A model generated the notes under the pieces. The model was not told the origin of the DNA and did no database searches. It saw only the letters and a program-made list of their open reading frames with translations. A DNA stretch of 64,000 bases, taken from the sequence record NC_023610.1, one strand, 5' to 3'. The position numbers were made by a program, and so were the translations under genes. Below, piece after piece: positions 16,764-25,275 of this stretch. How positions within the stretch are numbered: position 1 is the stretch's first letter; each line of letters starts with the position of its first letter.

Positions 16764-17624
16764 TCACAGCAGGCGCTGGAGCTGCTTCGCCAGGAATTGG
16801 TCCTTCATTCCCTTCAAGTTATACTTGATTTTTTCCATGGTGGTAACCGGGGTCCACTTGGCCGAGGTGGCCACTTCGAGCAGTTCACGTCGGGCTTTAA
16901 TTGCCCAACGATTGAAGTGAACCCCACCGTCACCAAACACCTGGATGGTAAAGTAGTTGAAAGGAACAATCTTCATCTCTTTACCTTCCGTCAGTTTGGT
17001 GGACCACTGACTTTTGGACTTGATGGCACCGGTATGGGATTCCAGCAAACGCAACTGGTTAAACTTGGTGCGGGAGAGCAGGTCAACCGGACAATGGGTA
17101 ATAATCAGCGACTTGGTCTGTTCACCCCGAAGTTCGCTTCCTTTATCCTGTTCGATTAACGTGTCCGCATCTTCCATTAACACGTAGTCCAGTGTGCGTT
17201 CCATCAGGTCGGCGTACTGCTGTTGCAACGGGGTTGTTGGAACACGCAGAATCGCCATTGGGTACTTCTTGGCGAGGTCTTTGTACCCCAAGTGGTACAC
17301 ACGTACCCCTTTCAACTTACCGTCCAGGAAGCCGCGTATCTGTTGCAGTTCTTCCTTCATGGTGTCCGCCATCGCCTTACAGATTTGACGATAGTGGGCA
17401 TCCATTTGTGCAGGGGACGGTGGTTTAATCATCCGTTCCCGGTCTTCGCGTTCAATGGCGTCGTAGATGTTACGCCACAGCGTACGAATGTTAATCCACA
17501 GCGTATCGTACTTCTCATACACCGCAGGTTCTTTCAATGCTTCGATGGCCATGGACGTGCCGATGGATAACGGAAGTTCACCGGTAGCACGCTTGGCCAA
17601 TATGTCATACGGGTCTGCTGCCAT
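16764..17624 (-). CDS. Conserved phiKZ-like protein, possible degenerate PIN/FEN (5'-nuclease) fold
   Basis: LWINIRTLWRN and LIITHCPVDLL resemble FEN strands but lack the catalytic Asp residues. Confidence 0.4.
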   Translation of the reverse strand: MAADPYDILAKRATGELPLSIGTSMAIEALKEPAVYEKYDTLWINIRTLWRNIYDAIEREDRERMIKPPSPAQMDAHYRQICKAMADTMKEELQQIRGFLDGKLKGVRVYHLGYKDLAKKYPMAILRVPTTPLQQQYADLMERTLDYVLMEDADTLIEQDKGSELRGEQTKSLIITHCPVDLLSRTKFNQLRLLESHTGAIKSKSQWSTKLTEGKEMKIVPFNYFTIQVFGDGGVHFNRWAIKARRELLEVATSAKWTPVTTMEKIKYNLKGMKDQFLAKQLQRLL

Positions 17625-17650
17625 GTCGTCGCTCCTTTAGATAGATGGGT

Positions 17651-17685
17651 TAAGAACTGCTACAGGGGACCCACCCCTGTAGCAG
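17651..17685 (-). terminator. Intrinsic terminator or hairpin
   Basis: 12-bp stem CTGCTACAGGGG/CCCCTGTAGCAG. Confidence 0.55.
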
Positions 17686-17688
17686 TCG

Positions 17689-18834
17689 TCAGTGCATTAC
17701 GCCGCGGACCAGGTTCACCGCGTGATTGATTCGTCCAGAAGCTTCTCCGGTACTTTGCAGGTGCTCGGTCAACAACCCGACCAGGTTCTCTTCCGTGAGC
17801 GGGGTAACCGCATTGCCCACGTTCAACAACTTGAAACCGGTGTTAACCTTGTTGTCTTTTTTACCGCCCTTCTCTATCGACGTTAAGATGTAATCCTGGT
17901 ACAAGTCCTGGAGTTCTTCGAGAATCGCCCGCATGGGGTCAGTGGCTCCGTGCTCCAGTCGGATAGCACTCCCTTTCGGTAAGTTCTGTCCTTCAATTAA
18001 CTGGGCAATGTCCGTGACAGTAAAGTCATAGACTGCGAGGGTCACGTACTTTTTCGCCAGCTGATTCTCAATAAACCGGAACTCGTGCTCCACTTTATTT
18101 CGGTAGGTAATGTCCAGGAACCCTTTTGCTTCTTCTTCTCCGTGCCCACAACGGTTCGTTGAACCGATGGAGATGTGTTTCAGAAAACGCGAGAAGGTAT
18201 GGACATGCCCGGAAAGGATTGCCATCGTTACCAGTTCAGACCATTTCTCTGCATCGTGATACGCAGGGGACTGGTGTCCTTGCAACTGGTGTAACCATGC
18301 CCCGTGCATAATAGACAGGTCAGCTTTAGCCAGGCCACGCGAATGCAACAGCTCTTTCGCTTGCTGATAAGTCTGTTCGGCTTCGGGGTGGTACTCATCA
18401 GGAATGTACAACACGTTCAGGTCGTACTCTTCCATGTAGTCCAGCGTCATGGTGGTGAAGTACTTTACATCACAGTTTGTTTCCATGGCTTCGTTCAACC
18501 AAAGGAAATGCTTTGACTGTCCGCGGTCATGGGAGCGCGTGCCTTCCAGGATACGCAGTTTGATGTTGTACTTTGCACACACACGCAGGACGTGCGCCAT
18601 GGCCATCTGCGCCGCGTAGACGTCTTCGTCTGACATGGTAAGCAAATGGTCAAAGAAGTCGCCAGGGATGAAACAGATGTCGTACACGGCGGTTTCGGGG
18701 CTATCCGGGAAATACCGGCGAACCGCAGCTAACGTTGACAGGGATGGCGTACGATTGTGCCCGAAATGTGGGTCACTGAACACAAAGATACGCAACCACT
18801 CAGAAATCGTCTTCAACAAAGTCGACGTCGCCAA
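17689..18834 (-). CDS. sbcD: SbcD/Mre11-like metallophosphoesterase nuclease
   Basis: Motifs SDPHFG, PGDFFD, GTRSHD, MHG and SGHVH; exact start uncertain. Confidence 0.85.
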   Translation of the reverse strand: MATSTLLKTISEWLRIFVFSDPHFGHNRTPSLSTLAAVRRYFPDSPETAVYDICFIPGDFFDHLLTMSDEDVYAAQMAMAHVLRVCAKYNIKLRILEGTRSHDRGQSKHFLWLNEAMETNCDVKYFTTMTLDYMEEYDLNVLYIPDEYHPEAEQTYQQAKELLHSRGLAKADLSIMHGAWLHQLQGHQSPAYHDAEKWSELVTMAILSGHVHTFSRFLKHISIGSTNRCGHGEEEAKGFLDITYRNKVEHEFRFIENQLAKKYVTLAVYDFTVTDIAQLIEGQNLPKGSAIRLEHGATDPMRAILEELQDLYQDYILTSIEKGGKKDNKVNTGFKLLNVGNAVTPLTEENLVGLLTEHLQSTGEASGRINHAVNLVRGVMH

Positions 18835-19396
18835 TTTCGAAATCCTCAGTCGCGTTAACTACCGTAACCCCTTTACTGCCCGGACCGAGTATCCCCGTCT
18901 TTGGTTTCCCGTCAAGGTAACCAAAGTCTTTCAGGATTTTGTACCAGTCCAATGCCCATTGTTTCTGCTGCGCATCACTTTGGGAGAGATTATTGAACAT
19001 CTCTTTCTGCGCACGGATACCGAATGACACCAGGCGGTTCATCTGCGCTTGCATCATACGGGTACGGGATTCGATTGAATGGGGGTTCCCTGTCTGACGC
19101 GTCTGTACCGTACCGGTAATGGGTGGCACGGTATACAGGTGGTTACCGGCTTTGTCCACAATCAATACTGGGCGGCGGGCGTTCTTTGACACTTCCGCTT
19201 CCCACATACGCAGGGCAGCCACCGAATCTTTCGAATCCAGGTCACCGGCGAGGTATGGAAGATAACGAGCACGGAAGATGTCGATGTCGAGTTTGGGTAA
19301 CTCTTCCATCGTGTACTCGGTAAGGATATAGTCAAGGAATGACGTATCCTCAGGTTCTAAGGGAGGCGTCAGTTCCACTTCTTCGGGTTCAGTCAT
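18800..19396 (-). CDS. Conserved hypothetical protein (phiKZ core region)
   Basis: 198-aa ORF overlapping its neighbours. Confidence 0.7.
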   Translation of the reverse strand: MTEPEEVELTPPLEPEDTSFLDYILTEYTMEELPKLDIDIFRARYLPYLAGDLDSKDSVAALRMWEAEVSKNARRPVLIVDKAGNHLYTVPPITGTVQTRQTGNPHSIESRTRMMQAQMNRLVSFGIRAQKEMFNNLSQSDAQQKQWALDWYKILKDFGYLDGKPKTGILGPGSKGVTVVNATEDFEIGDVDFVEDDF

Positions 19397-19790
19397 CGCC
19401 GTTCGTCCTCTTTATAGTTTTCACGAAGGCACCGTTTCGGGATTGCACTTCATGGCCGACGTTAAAGTTCACACCATTGTACTTTCCCGTAATTTCTAAC
19501 ACGATGGTACAAATCCCGGTGGCCGTGTCTTCCTCTACGGAACAGGTGGCGTCAGCGGTTCCAAAGACACGGGTGAACAAATCCTTGTACATCTGTTCGA
19601 CAGCGGCAGCCAGTTGCTCGGGTTTGTTGTTGAAGTCTTTCATCAACGTATCAAGTGCGGCCACTTTACCGAAGTAGATTTCGCTGTAACGGTTTCGGGC
19701 AAAGATAGAGGCGGCAAAGACCTCGTCACAGATGGTCCCGATATCGGTGGCATAGCCATTACCGTTCAGGGTAGGGAAGACAATAGACAT
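19389..19790 (-). CDS. Conserved hypothetical protein (phiKZ core region)
   Basis: Start ATG19790 with SD GAGGA, after a terminator; 133 aa. Confidence 0.7.
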   Translation of the reverse strand: MSIVFPTLNGNGYATDIGTICDEVFAASIFARNRYSEIYFGKVAALDTLMKDFNNKPEQLAAAVEQMYKDLFTRVFGTADATCSVEEDTATGICTIVLEITGKYNGVNFNVGHEVQSRNGAFVKTIKRTNGDD

Positions 19791-19815
19791 GGGTAAATCC
19801 TCGCAGCTGAGATAC

Positions 19816-19843
19816 AAAAAAAGAAGGGGACCGAAGTCCCCTT
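19816..19843 (-). terminator. Intrinsic terminator (cUUCGg loop)
   Basis: AAGGGGAC-TTCG-GTCCCCTT plus U tract. Confidence 0.85.
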
Positions 19844-19847
19844 GCTT

Positions 19848-20483
19848 TTAGAGTTTTTCCAGGAATCGACTGGTTGGGTCGATACCATCGTCGAGTGCTG
19901 CATCCACCAACGCATGGGTTGCCAAGAGGTCAAGTTGCTGTTCAATGAACAGTTCCTCTTCGCCTTCCACGGTATGGGCACCAATCTCGTACTCTGTTAC
20001 CCAACGCACGGTCTCGTCTTCTTGCTCTTCCGGTCTGGCTACGCCATTCTGGATAGCTTTCCAATACGGGTCCGGTGCATTCATTGGGGTCACATCAAAT
20101 ACCCCAGGTTTAGCACCCCAGGCCTCAATTGACTGCGAATGGTAGCGCGTACGTAAGCGCGGGTTAGCCAGAAGCCAGCGGCGCATGGTATCCGGTGCCA
20201 TGGAGATTTCACTGTAATCATCCAGGTACTGAATTACGTTATCGCGATACAGACCTCGCTTCGACGTGTTTAGCGCGTGTAAGGCGCGACGCACCGATGG
20301 GTCAAAGAGTCGGGTTAACGTGTCACGTGTCCGCTCCAGATACCCAACCGCGCGGTCAGACAAGTTTCTACTGTACTCTTCAAGACGTCGATAACCTTCT
20401 TCCAGATTACGGCGGTCGGGGATACCGAATGCCGAGGCCTGAAAGACGGTGTCATCTCCGTCAACAAAGTGAAATTTTACCAC
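19848..20483 (-). CDS. Conserved hypothetical protein
   Basis: 211 aa, coupled to the nvRNAP beta-prime N gene. Confidence 0.7.
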   Translation of the reverse strand: MVKFHFVDGDDTVFQASAFGIPDRRNLEEGYRRLEEYSRNLSDRAVGYLERTRDTLTRLFDPSVRRALHALNTSKRGLYRDNVIQYLDDYSEISMAPDTMRRWLLANPRLRTRYHSQSIEAWGAKPGVFDVTPMNAPDPYWKAIQNGVARPEEQEDETVRWVTEYEIGAHTVEGEEELFIEQQLDLLATHALVDAALDDGIDPTSRFLEKL

Positions 20484-21892
20484 TAGTGAGCCCGTCCATA
20501 CATTAAGTTGTTAATGGTTGCTAGTACTGGCACACCCAGCCCCATGTTGGAAGTCATGGCGTTAGGTTTGTTCAGGTCGGCCAGACCAGATTCCGGGGAC
20601 AGCTTCCGTGCAACTTTCCAGTCTTCATGAGAGAGGACCGGTTTTCCGCCCAACTGGTCGCCATCGAAGTCGGCGTTCGGACTGCGCAGTACATGCACCG
20701 AGAGAGAAATCGTGTTGTCGTGGATATTACTTTTAATCTCTGTTACGTACAGCGCCTGAATGGAGCGTAAGTTCAGAGTTGGGTTTCGGCCAAGAAGTAT
20801 TGGTAACCCTTTATATCCCGATTCGCGTTTCAGTTCCTCGAAGATGTCGTGTAGCCCTGCATCGTATCGACTCATGGCTTGTATCAGGTAACCGCGTGCG
20901 CTGTTTGGCGTATAACCCCGGCGCAACAGTTTACTGATGAGTTGCGGCATATACACTGCAATGGCCATTGCCCACGGCAAGTGTATTTCGTCGTAGTCGT
21001 GCACACCCGCCAGCGAGGTAATTACCCCACGGAATGACGGACCGTCACGCGTACCGACAACCTGCTTACGAATCCACCCTTCCTTTTGTCCGATAATCTT
21101 CTTGTCCACGAATACGCGGAAGTCAATCATCATCTGGAGCGAACGGAACACATGGTATTCTTTTCGCGCCAACGACATGGTGTCTTCTTGTCCCACGATA
21201 CTGTACAACGCACGCGCAGCATCGACAATCGTGAACATACTTTTCACGGCGGTCTTTGCACGGGTTGATGTTTCAGTGATAATGGAACGTTTGTTTGGCA
21301 GGGGAAGATGCTTCGGGAACAACACATGGCGGTTCTCTTTGATGCACGTATAGACATCGCGGCGACGCTGCATGTTGTTCTTAAAGATTCGGGCCGCCAT
21401 CAGCGTTTCCAGAATCTCATCGAAGTTATCAATGAAATGGTTGTACCCACGGGGAATGTTTAACGCCATAAACTGCCGATAGACAATGCTGTTCGGGTCG
21501 TCAAACTTGTAGCGCGGATTACACAACCATTCGATGGCACTGAACCCTTCTTGCGTGAACGCTTCGAGTAGCATCCCGAGCAAGTTAGGTCGGATAAAGG
21601 CTCGCACACCTTTCGGCGTTTGTAGCCACACGTCAGAATAGAATCCACGTTCCATCACTGACAGGACTTCATCTCCACAACGCTCACACACTTTAAGATG
21701 ACGTCCGCGACTGTGACCACATCCACACGTTGGCATTGTGTCAATGTAATCGCAATCGTACTCCGTAACCATCAAAGCCTTTACCACGTCGATACCTTCA
21801 ACACCGGCATGGTATTGGTTCAGGATTATCGGCTCGCGCGGCAATCGTTTAATGTCTTCATCGAAGTCCGGGTTGATTAGAAATATACCCAT
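20483..21892 (-). CDS. Non-virion RNA polymerase beta-prime N-terminal (catalytic) subunit (phiKZ gp55-56.1-like)
   Basis: Zn ribbon CGCG...CERCG, GRNPTL, catalytic NADFDGD. Confidence 0.95.
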   Translation of the reverse strand: MGIFLINPDFDEDIKRLPREPIILNQYHAGVEGIDVVKALMVTEYDCDYIDTMPTCGCGHSRGRHLKVCERCGDEVLSVMERGFYSDVWLQTPKGVRAFIRPNLLGMLLEAFTQEGFSAIEWLCNPRYKFDDPNSIVYRQFMALNIPRGYNHFIDNFDEILETLMAARIFKNNMQRRRDVYTCIKENRHVLFPKHLPLPNKRSIITETSTRAKTAVKSMFTIVDAARALYSIVGQEDTMSLARKEYHVFRSLQMMIDFRVFVDKKIIGQKEGWIRKQVVGTRDGPSFRGVITSLAGVHDYDEIHLPWAMAIAVYMPQLISKLLRRGYTPNSARGYLIQAMSRYDAGLHDIFEELKRESGYKGLPILLGRNPTLNLRSIQALYVTEIKSNIHDNTISLSVHVLRSPNADFDGDQLGGKPVLSHEDWKVARKLSPESGLADLNKPNAMTSNMGLGVPVLATINNLMYGRAH

Positions 21893-21932
21893 TTCTCTCT
21901 AACCTCTTATGGCTTTTTCGGTACGAAAAGAC

Positions 21933-21966
21933 AAAAAAGAAGGGGACGCGAAGTCCCCTCTTTTTT
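21933..21966 (-). terminator. Intrinsic terminator after chimallin
   Basis: AGGGGAC/GTCCCCT stem with A and T tracts. Confidence 0.8.
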
Positions 21967-21979
21967 ATCGCACTACAAC

Positions 21980-23950
21980 TTAGCGACCGAAGCCGTAACC
22001 GCCACGAGAGTTGAAGGTGTTACCGTTGTAGTTACCGGAACCGCCGAAACGGTTGTCGAAGTAACCACGACGAACGCTGTCTTGCAGCAGACCTTCAGTC
22101 GGGATGGTCAGGCCAGCTTTATCCACCGCCTGAGTCAGTTTGTACAGCCAGTCAGGGTTAATCTGAACCAGGTACGCATGACCAGTGATGGTGTAGCTGC
22201 CGGTAACGGAAGCGATGATTTCTTCCATTTTCGCCAGACGTGCTTCTTCGCTGATGTTGCGGTTCCAGCACGCGTCATCCCACATGGCAATCGCTTCGAG
22301 GTCGCGGTTCTTCGCCAGACCGAAGTGGGTCATCATGAAGAAACGGTCCAGTTCACGCAGGTCACGGATACGACCTTTAGAATCGGTCCAGTGGCCCAGC
22401 AGGATGATGCGCTCTTCCAGAGCACCGAACGGAGTAGCTTCATCGAGGTAATCTTCGATGACGCCGCCGGTCAGACGGTGTGCCGCTTCCCACAGCTGGA
22501 TACGAGCCTGGCGGTGGTTCGGGTGCTTATCGTCAGCCGCTTCCAGGTACAGACGCTGGGTACGCGTTTGCAGGCCGGATTTTTCGATGTGCAGGAAGAC
22601 GTTCAGAGAATCTTCCTGAACGACCGCTTCGTTCAGCTCAGCCCACTCAACTTCTGATGGGTCAGCTGGAATCGGCGGGTCAAACTCGACCAGCTGCTCA
22701 ACTTCCAGAGCACGTGCATCACGCAGGTCGGCAGAATCGCCAACCGGGCGCAGAGATTTCACCAGGCAGTCTTCACGCATCAGAGCCGATACGGTGGACA
22801 GCCCCAGCAGGTTCATCTCGGTAGTGAAGTTGTTGTTGGACGCAATCTTGGTCAGGTTCAGACCCAGTGCGTAGATGTCCAGCTCATCAACTTCACGACG
22901 ACGTGCACGGCTACCGCCACGACGACGACCGCCATCTTTTGGACCCAGGTAGATGTAGTCGGTGAAACCGTCAATCTGCACCAGGTTAGAGTTACGGTTA
23001 CCTTCCAGGGCGTTTACCTGACCTTTGCGGCCCGCAGGACCGGTAGTGACTTGCAGAGACAGGTCACGACGCAGTGGTTCGCCAAAGACGGTAGAGTCAT
23101 CACCCGGTGCGTAAGTTACGCGACCGCTGACTTCGTAGTTCTCTGGAATGATATCTTCCAGCTTGAACTGGTGGTCACCCTGAGTCAGCTCATCGTACAT
23201 GCTGTACGCTGCGGTGTTAATCAGGTTGGTGATAACTTCATCCACTTCACGCTCGGAGTAACCGAAGGTGACTGGAACGGTTACCGCACCGAAGAGGACA
23301 ACCGGTACATCAGCACCCAGGCCAACGTTTTTCTGCACCTGATTGATGACGGAACCTTTGAAGCCTTCGGTCCACACATCGCTCGGTACCGCAGAGAACA
23401 CGTAACGGCGCTGACCTTCAGTCACTTCCTGCTTAGGCAGCTGCTGGCGACCCATCATGACCGCAGTGATTGCGCCGACGAATTTCACGTCGCCGTAGGT
23501 AAAGGCCGCAGCCAGGACAACTGAGTCCAGCTGGAAACCAGTCAGATGACCCGGAACCGGAATCAGCTGCCACTTAGTTTTGCCACCCATGCTCAGACGG
23601 TTTTTGTTCGCTTCGAGGAACTTGTTACCCGCGTCGATGAATTTACCCATCTCGTCGCCGCCAGCGGCAGACTGAATCAGCGGTTGACCAGGATTGAACA
23701 TGTTCAGGATATCGTTCATTGCAGTTTTCCCTTTATAGGCTTCTGTATTAGTTTCGGTTTGTGGTACATGACGAGCTGCGACAACTTCTTCTTCGTGAGG
23801 AGTTGACGCTTGGGTATTCGGTTGCTGCTGCGAGTGCTTTTTGGCACTCTGGTGTTGGCGATACTGAGCTAACGGGTTAGGCGGGTTTTGGCGTTTACCT
23901 TCACCTTCATCCTTATTACCGTGTTCACTATCACCAGAATTCCAACCCAT
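21980..23950 (-). CDS. chmA: Chimallin, the major phage nuclear shell protein
   Basis: 656 aa directly upstream of nvRNAP beta-prime N. C-terminal TGHAYLVQINPDWL..L..AV..AGL matches the chimallin pattern as I recall it. Strong SD. Confidence 0.85.
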   Translation of the reverse strand: MGWNSGDSEHGNKDEGEGKRQNPPNPLAQYRQHQSAKKHSQQQPNTQASTPHEEEVVAARHVPQTETNTEAYKGKTAMNDILNMFNPGQPLIQSAAGGDEMGKFIDAGNKFLEANKNRLSMGGKTKWQLIPVPGHLTGFQLDSVVLAAAFTYGDVKFVGAITAVMMGRQQLPKQEVTEGQRRYVFSAVPSDVWTEGFKGSVINQVQKNVGLGADVPVVLFGAVTVPVTFGYSEREVDEVITNLINTAAYSMYDELTQGDHQFKLEDIIPENYEVSGRVTYAPGDDSTVFGEPLRRDLSLQVTTGPAGRKGQVNALEGNRNSNLVQIDGFTDYIYLGPKDGGRRRGGSRARRREVDELDIYALGLNLTKIASNNNFTTEMNLLGLSTVSALMREDCLVKSLRPVGDSADLRDARALEVEQLVEFDPPIPADPSEVEWAELNEAVVQEDSLNVFLHIEKSGLQTRTQRLYLEAADDKHPNHRQARIQLWEAAHRLTGGVIEDYLDEATPFGALEERIILLGHWTDSKGRIRDLRELDRFFMMTHFGLAKNRDLEAIAMWDDACWNRNISEEARLAKMEEIIASVTGSYTITGHAYLVQINPDWLYKLTQAVDKAGLTIPTEGLLQDSVRRGYFDNRFGGSGNYNGNTFNSRGGYGFGR

Positions 23951-24201
23951 TTCATTTCTCCTTAAACGTACTGTGACGTTACGGTCCTTAGAGAACCTTC
24001 TATGAATTTAGCTTTTCCGGAAAGACTAAACGTTCGAATCAATTCCTATAAAGGACTCAATTCACTACAGTAATGTATGCCTGAAAAAAGTTTCAAAAGG
24101 CACTTACTCCCGTTAATCCAGCATTGCCATTCTGGATGGCAATACTTTCTACATAAGATATATACAGTAACGTAAAAAATGATTACTGTACTGGGGGCGT
24201 C

Positions 24202-25275
24202 ATGTTTGAACTCTTTAGTCAGAAAACTCACGGCAATTCATCACTCCACGTTTCACCCCGACACGAGTACGTTTCCTCACGCTTTGATGAAGCTTACGTT
24301 CGGTTGGCGCACTACTTCCGGAAATCGGTAAGAACGGTGGAGTCGGACAATCTGCTGTGTCAGGTCATCCACCATGCAAACGTCGTGTACACGGGTAATG
24401 ATGAGCAGTACTACTACGCCGTCGCCAGTCGCGTGGAAAAGATTGCCACTGCTTTGCGACTGAACACAGCTGTTCACAAAAGTGGACCGCTAGTAAAAAA
24501 TCACTTCTACGGTTCGGACGTGACCGAGTACGTTCTGGCGGTGACCCGTGGTTACCCAACAGGATTGGATGCCGGGAAGTACTGGCAGTCGTTCCAACCG
24601 TTACAGGCGGTTTCCCACCCGTACAGTGACCTCAACATGAACCCCCGTAACGGCAGCGAAACCGTTGGCGTTAAAGGTGTTGCGGTCCTGACCCTGGATG
24701 TACCGTTGTTGATGCTTCAATACACCCGCTGGCGTTTGTACTGCGAGAAGTATCTGGACCAACAACCGGACATCGCCCAGTTCGTGTTCCAGTATCCGGT
24801 GGTAAACCTGATACCGTCTGACACGGACGTTTGCTACTTTAACCAGTTACGCAACGCCGCGCAAGGTCGCCCCAATGTACCGCAGAAACGGCGCTATGGG
24901 TTAGGCCTGAACGACGTCACCAACTTCGTGGAGAAAGAGCAAGCCGAGTTTCTGAAGGAAGCCATCAGTAGCAATGCTTCCATCATGGACCTGGCGTTGG
25001 GTACACCGATGGTGTTCAGTGAAACCCTGTGGGACTTCTTGCAGTTACCCCCTGGCGTGTACACGAACAAGAACTCCGGACTCTGGTTGCTCGGGTACCT
25101 GCCGTATCTGGCGTATCTGGTACAACTCAGTAAGAAAGCGGGCAGCAACGATAACACCGCGGCTGCCGCTTATCTCAAGAAGAAGTACCGTTACTTCAAG
25201 AACGCCGGGTTCCTCAGTTCCTATCCGGGCATCGAGAAAGAAATAGATGAAGAAGTGATTAACTATCTAACATGA
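24202..25275 (+). CDS. Probable virion protein (phiKZ gp52 position)
   Basis: 357-aa plus-strand ORF between chimallin and the DNA polymerase; synteny. Confidence 0.5.
   Translation: MFELFSQKTHGNSSLHVSPRHEYVSSRFDEAYVRLAHYFRKSVRTVESDNLLCQVIHHANVVYTGNDEQYYYAVASRVEKIATALRLNTAVHKSGPLVKNHFYGSDVTEYVLAVTRGYPTGLDAGKYWQSFQPLQAVSHPYSDLNMNPRNGSETVGVKGVAVLTLDVPLLMLQYTRWRLYCEKYLDQQPDIAQFVFQYPVVNLIPSDTDVCYFNQLRNAAQGRPNVPQKRRYGLGLNDVTNFVEKEQAEFLKEAISSNASIMDLALGTPMVFSETLWDFLQLPPGVYTNKNSGLWLLGYLPYLAYLVQLSKKAGSNDNTAAAAYLKKKYRYFKNAGFLSSYPGIEKEIDEEVINYLT

Noticed and set aside
24031-24045. GTTCGAATC resembles a tRNA T-loop
   Set aside because: No T-stem, acceptor stem or anticodon arm around it; no tRNA supported.
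24157-24165. TATATATCT as an early promoter for chimallin
   Set aside because: Two mismatches to TATATTAC and over 200 nt from the start; too weak to call.
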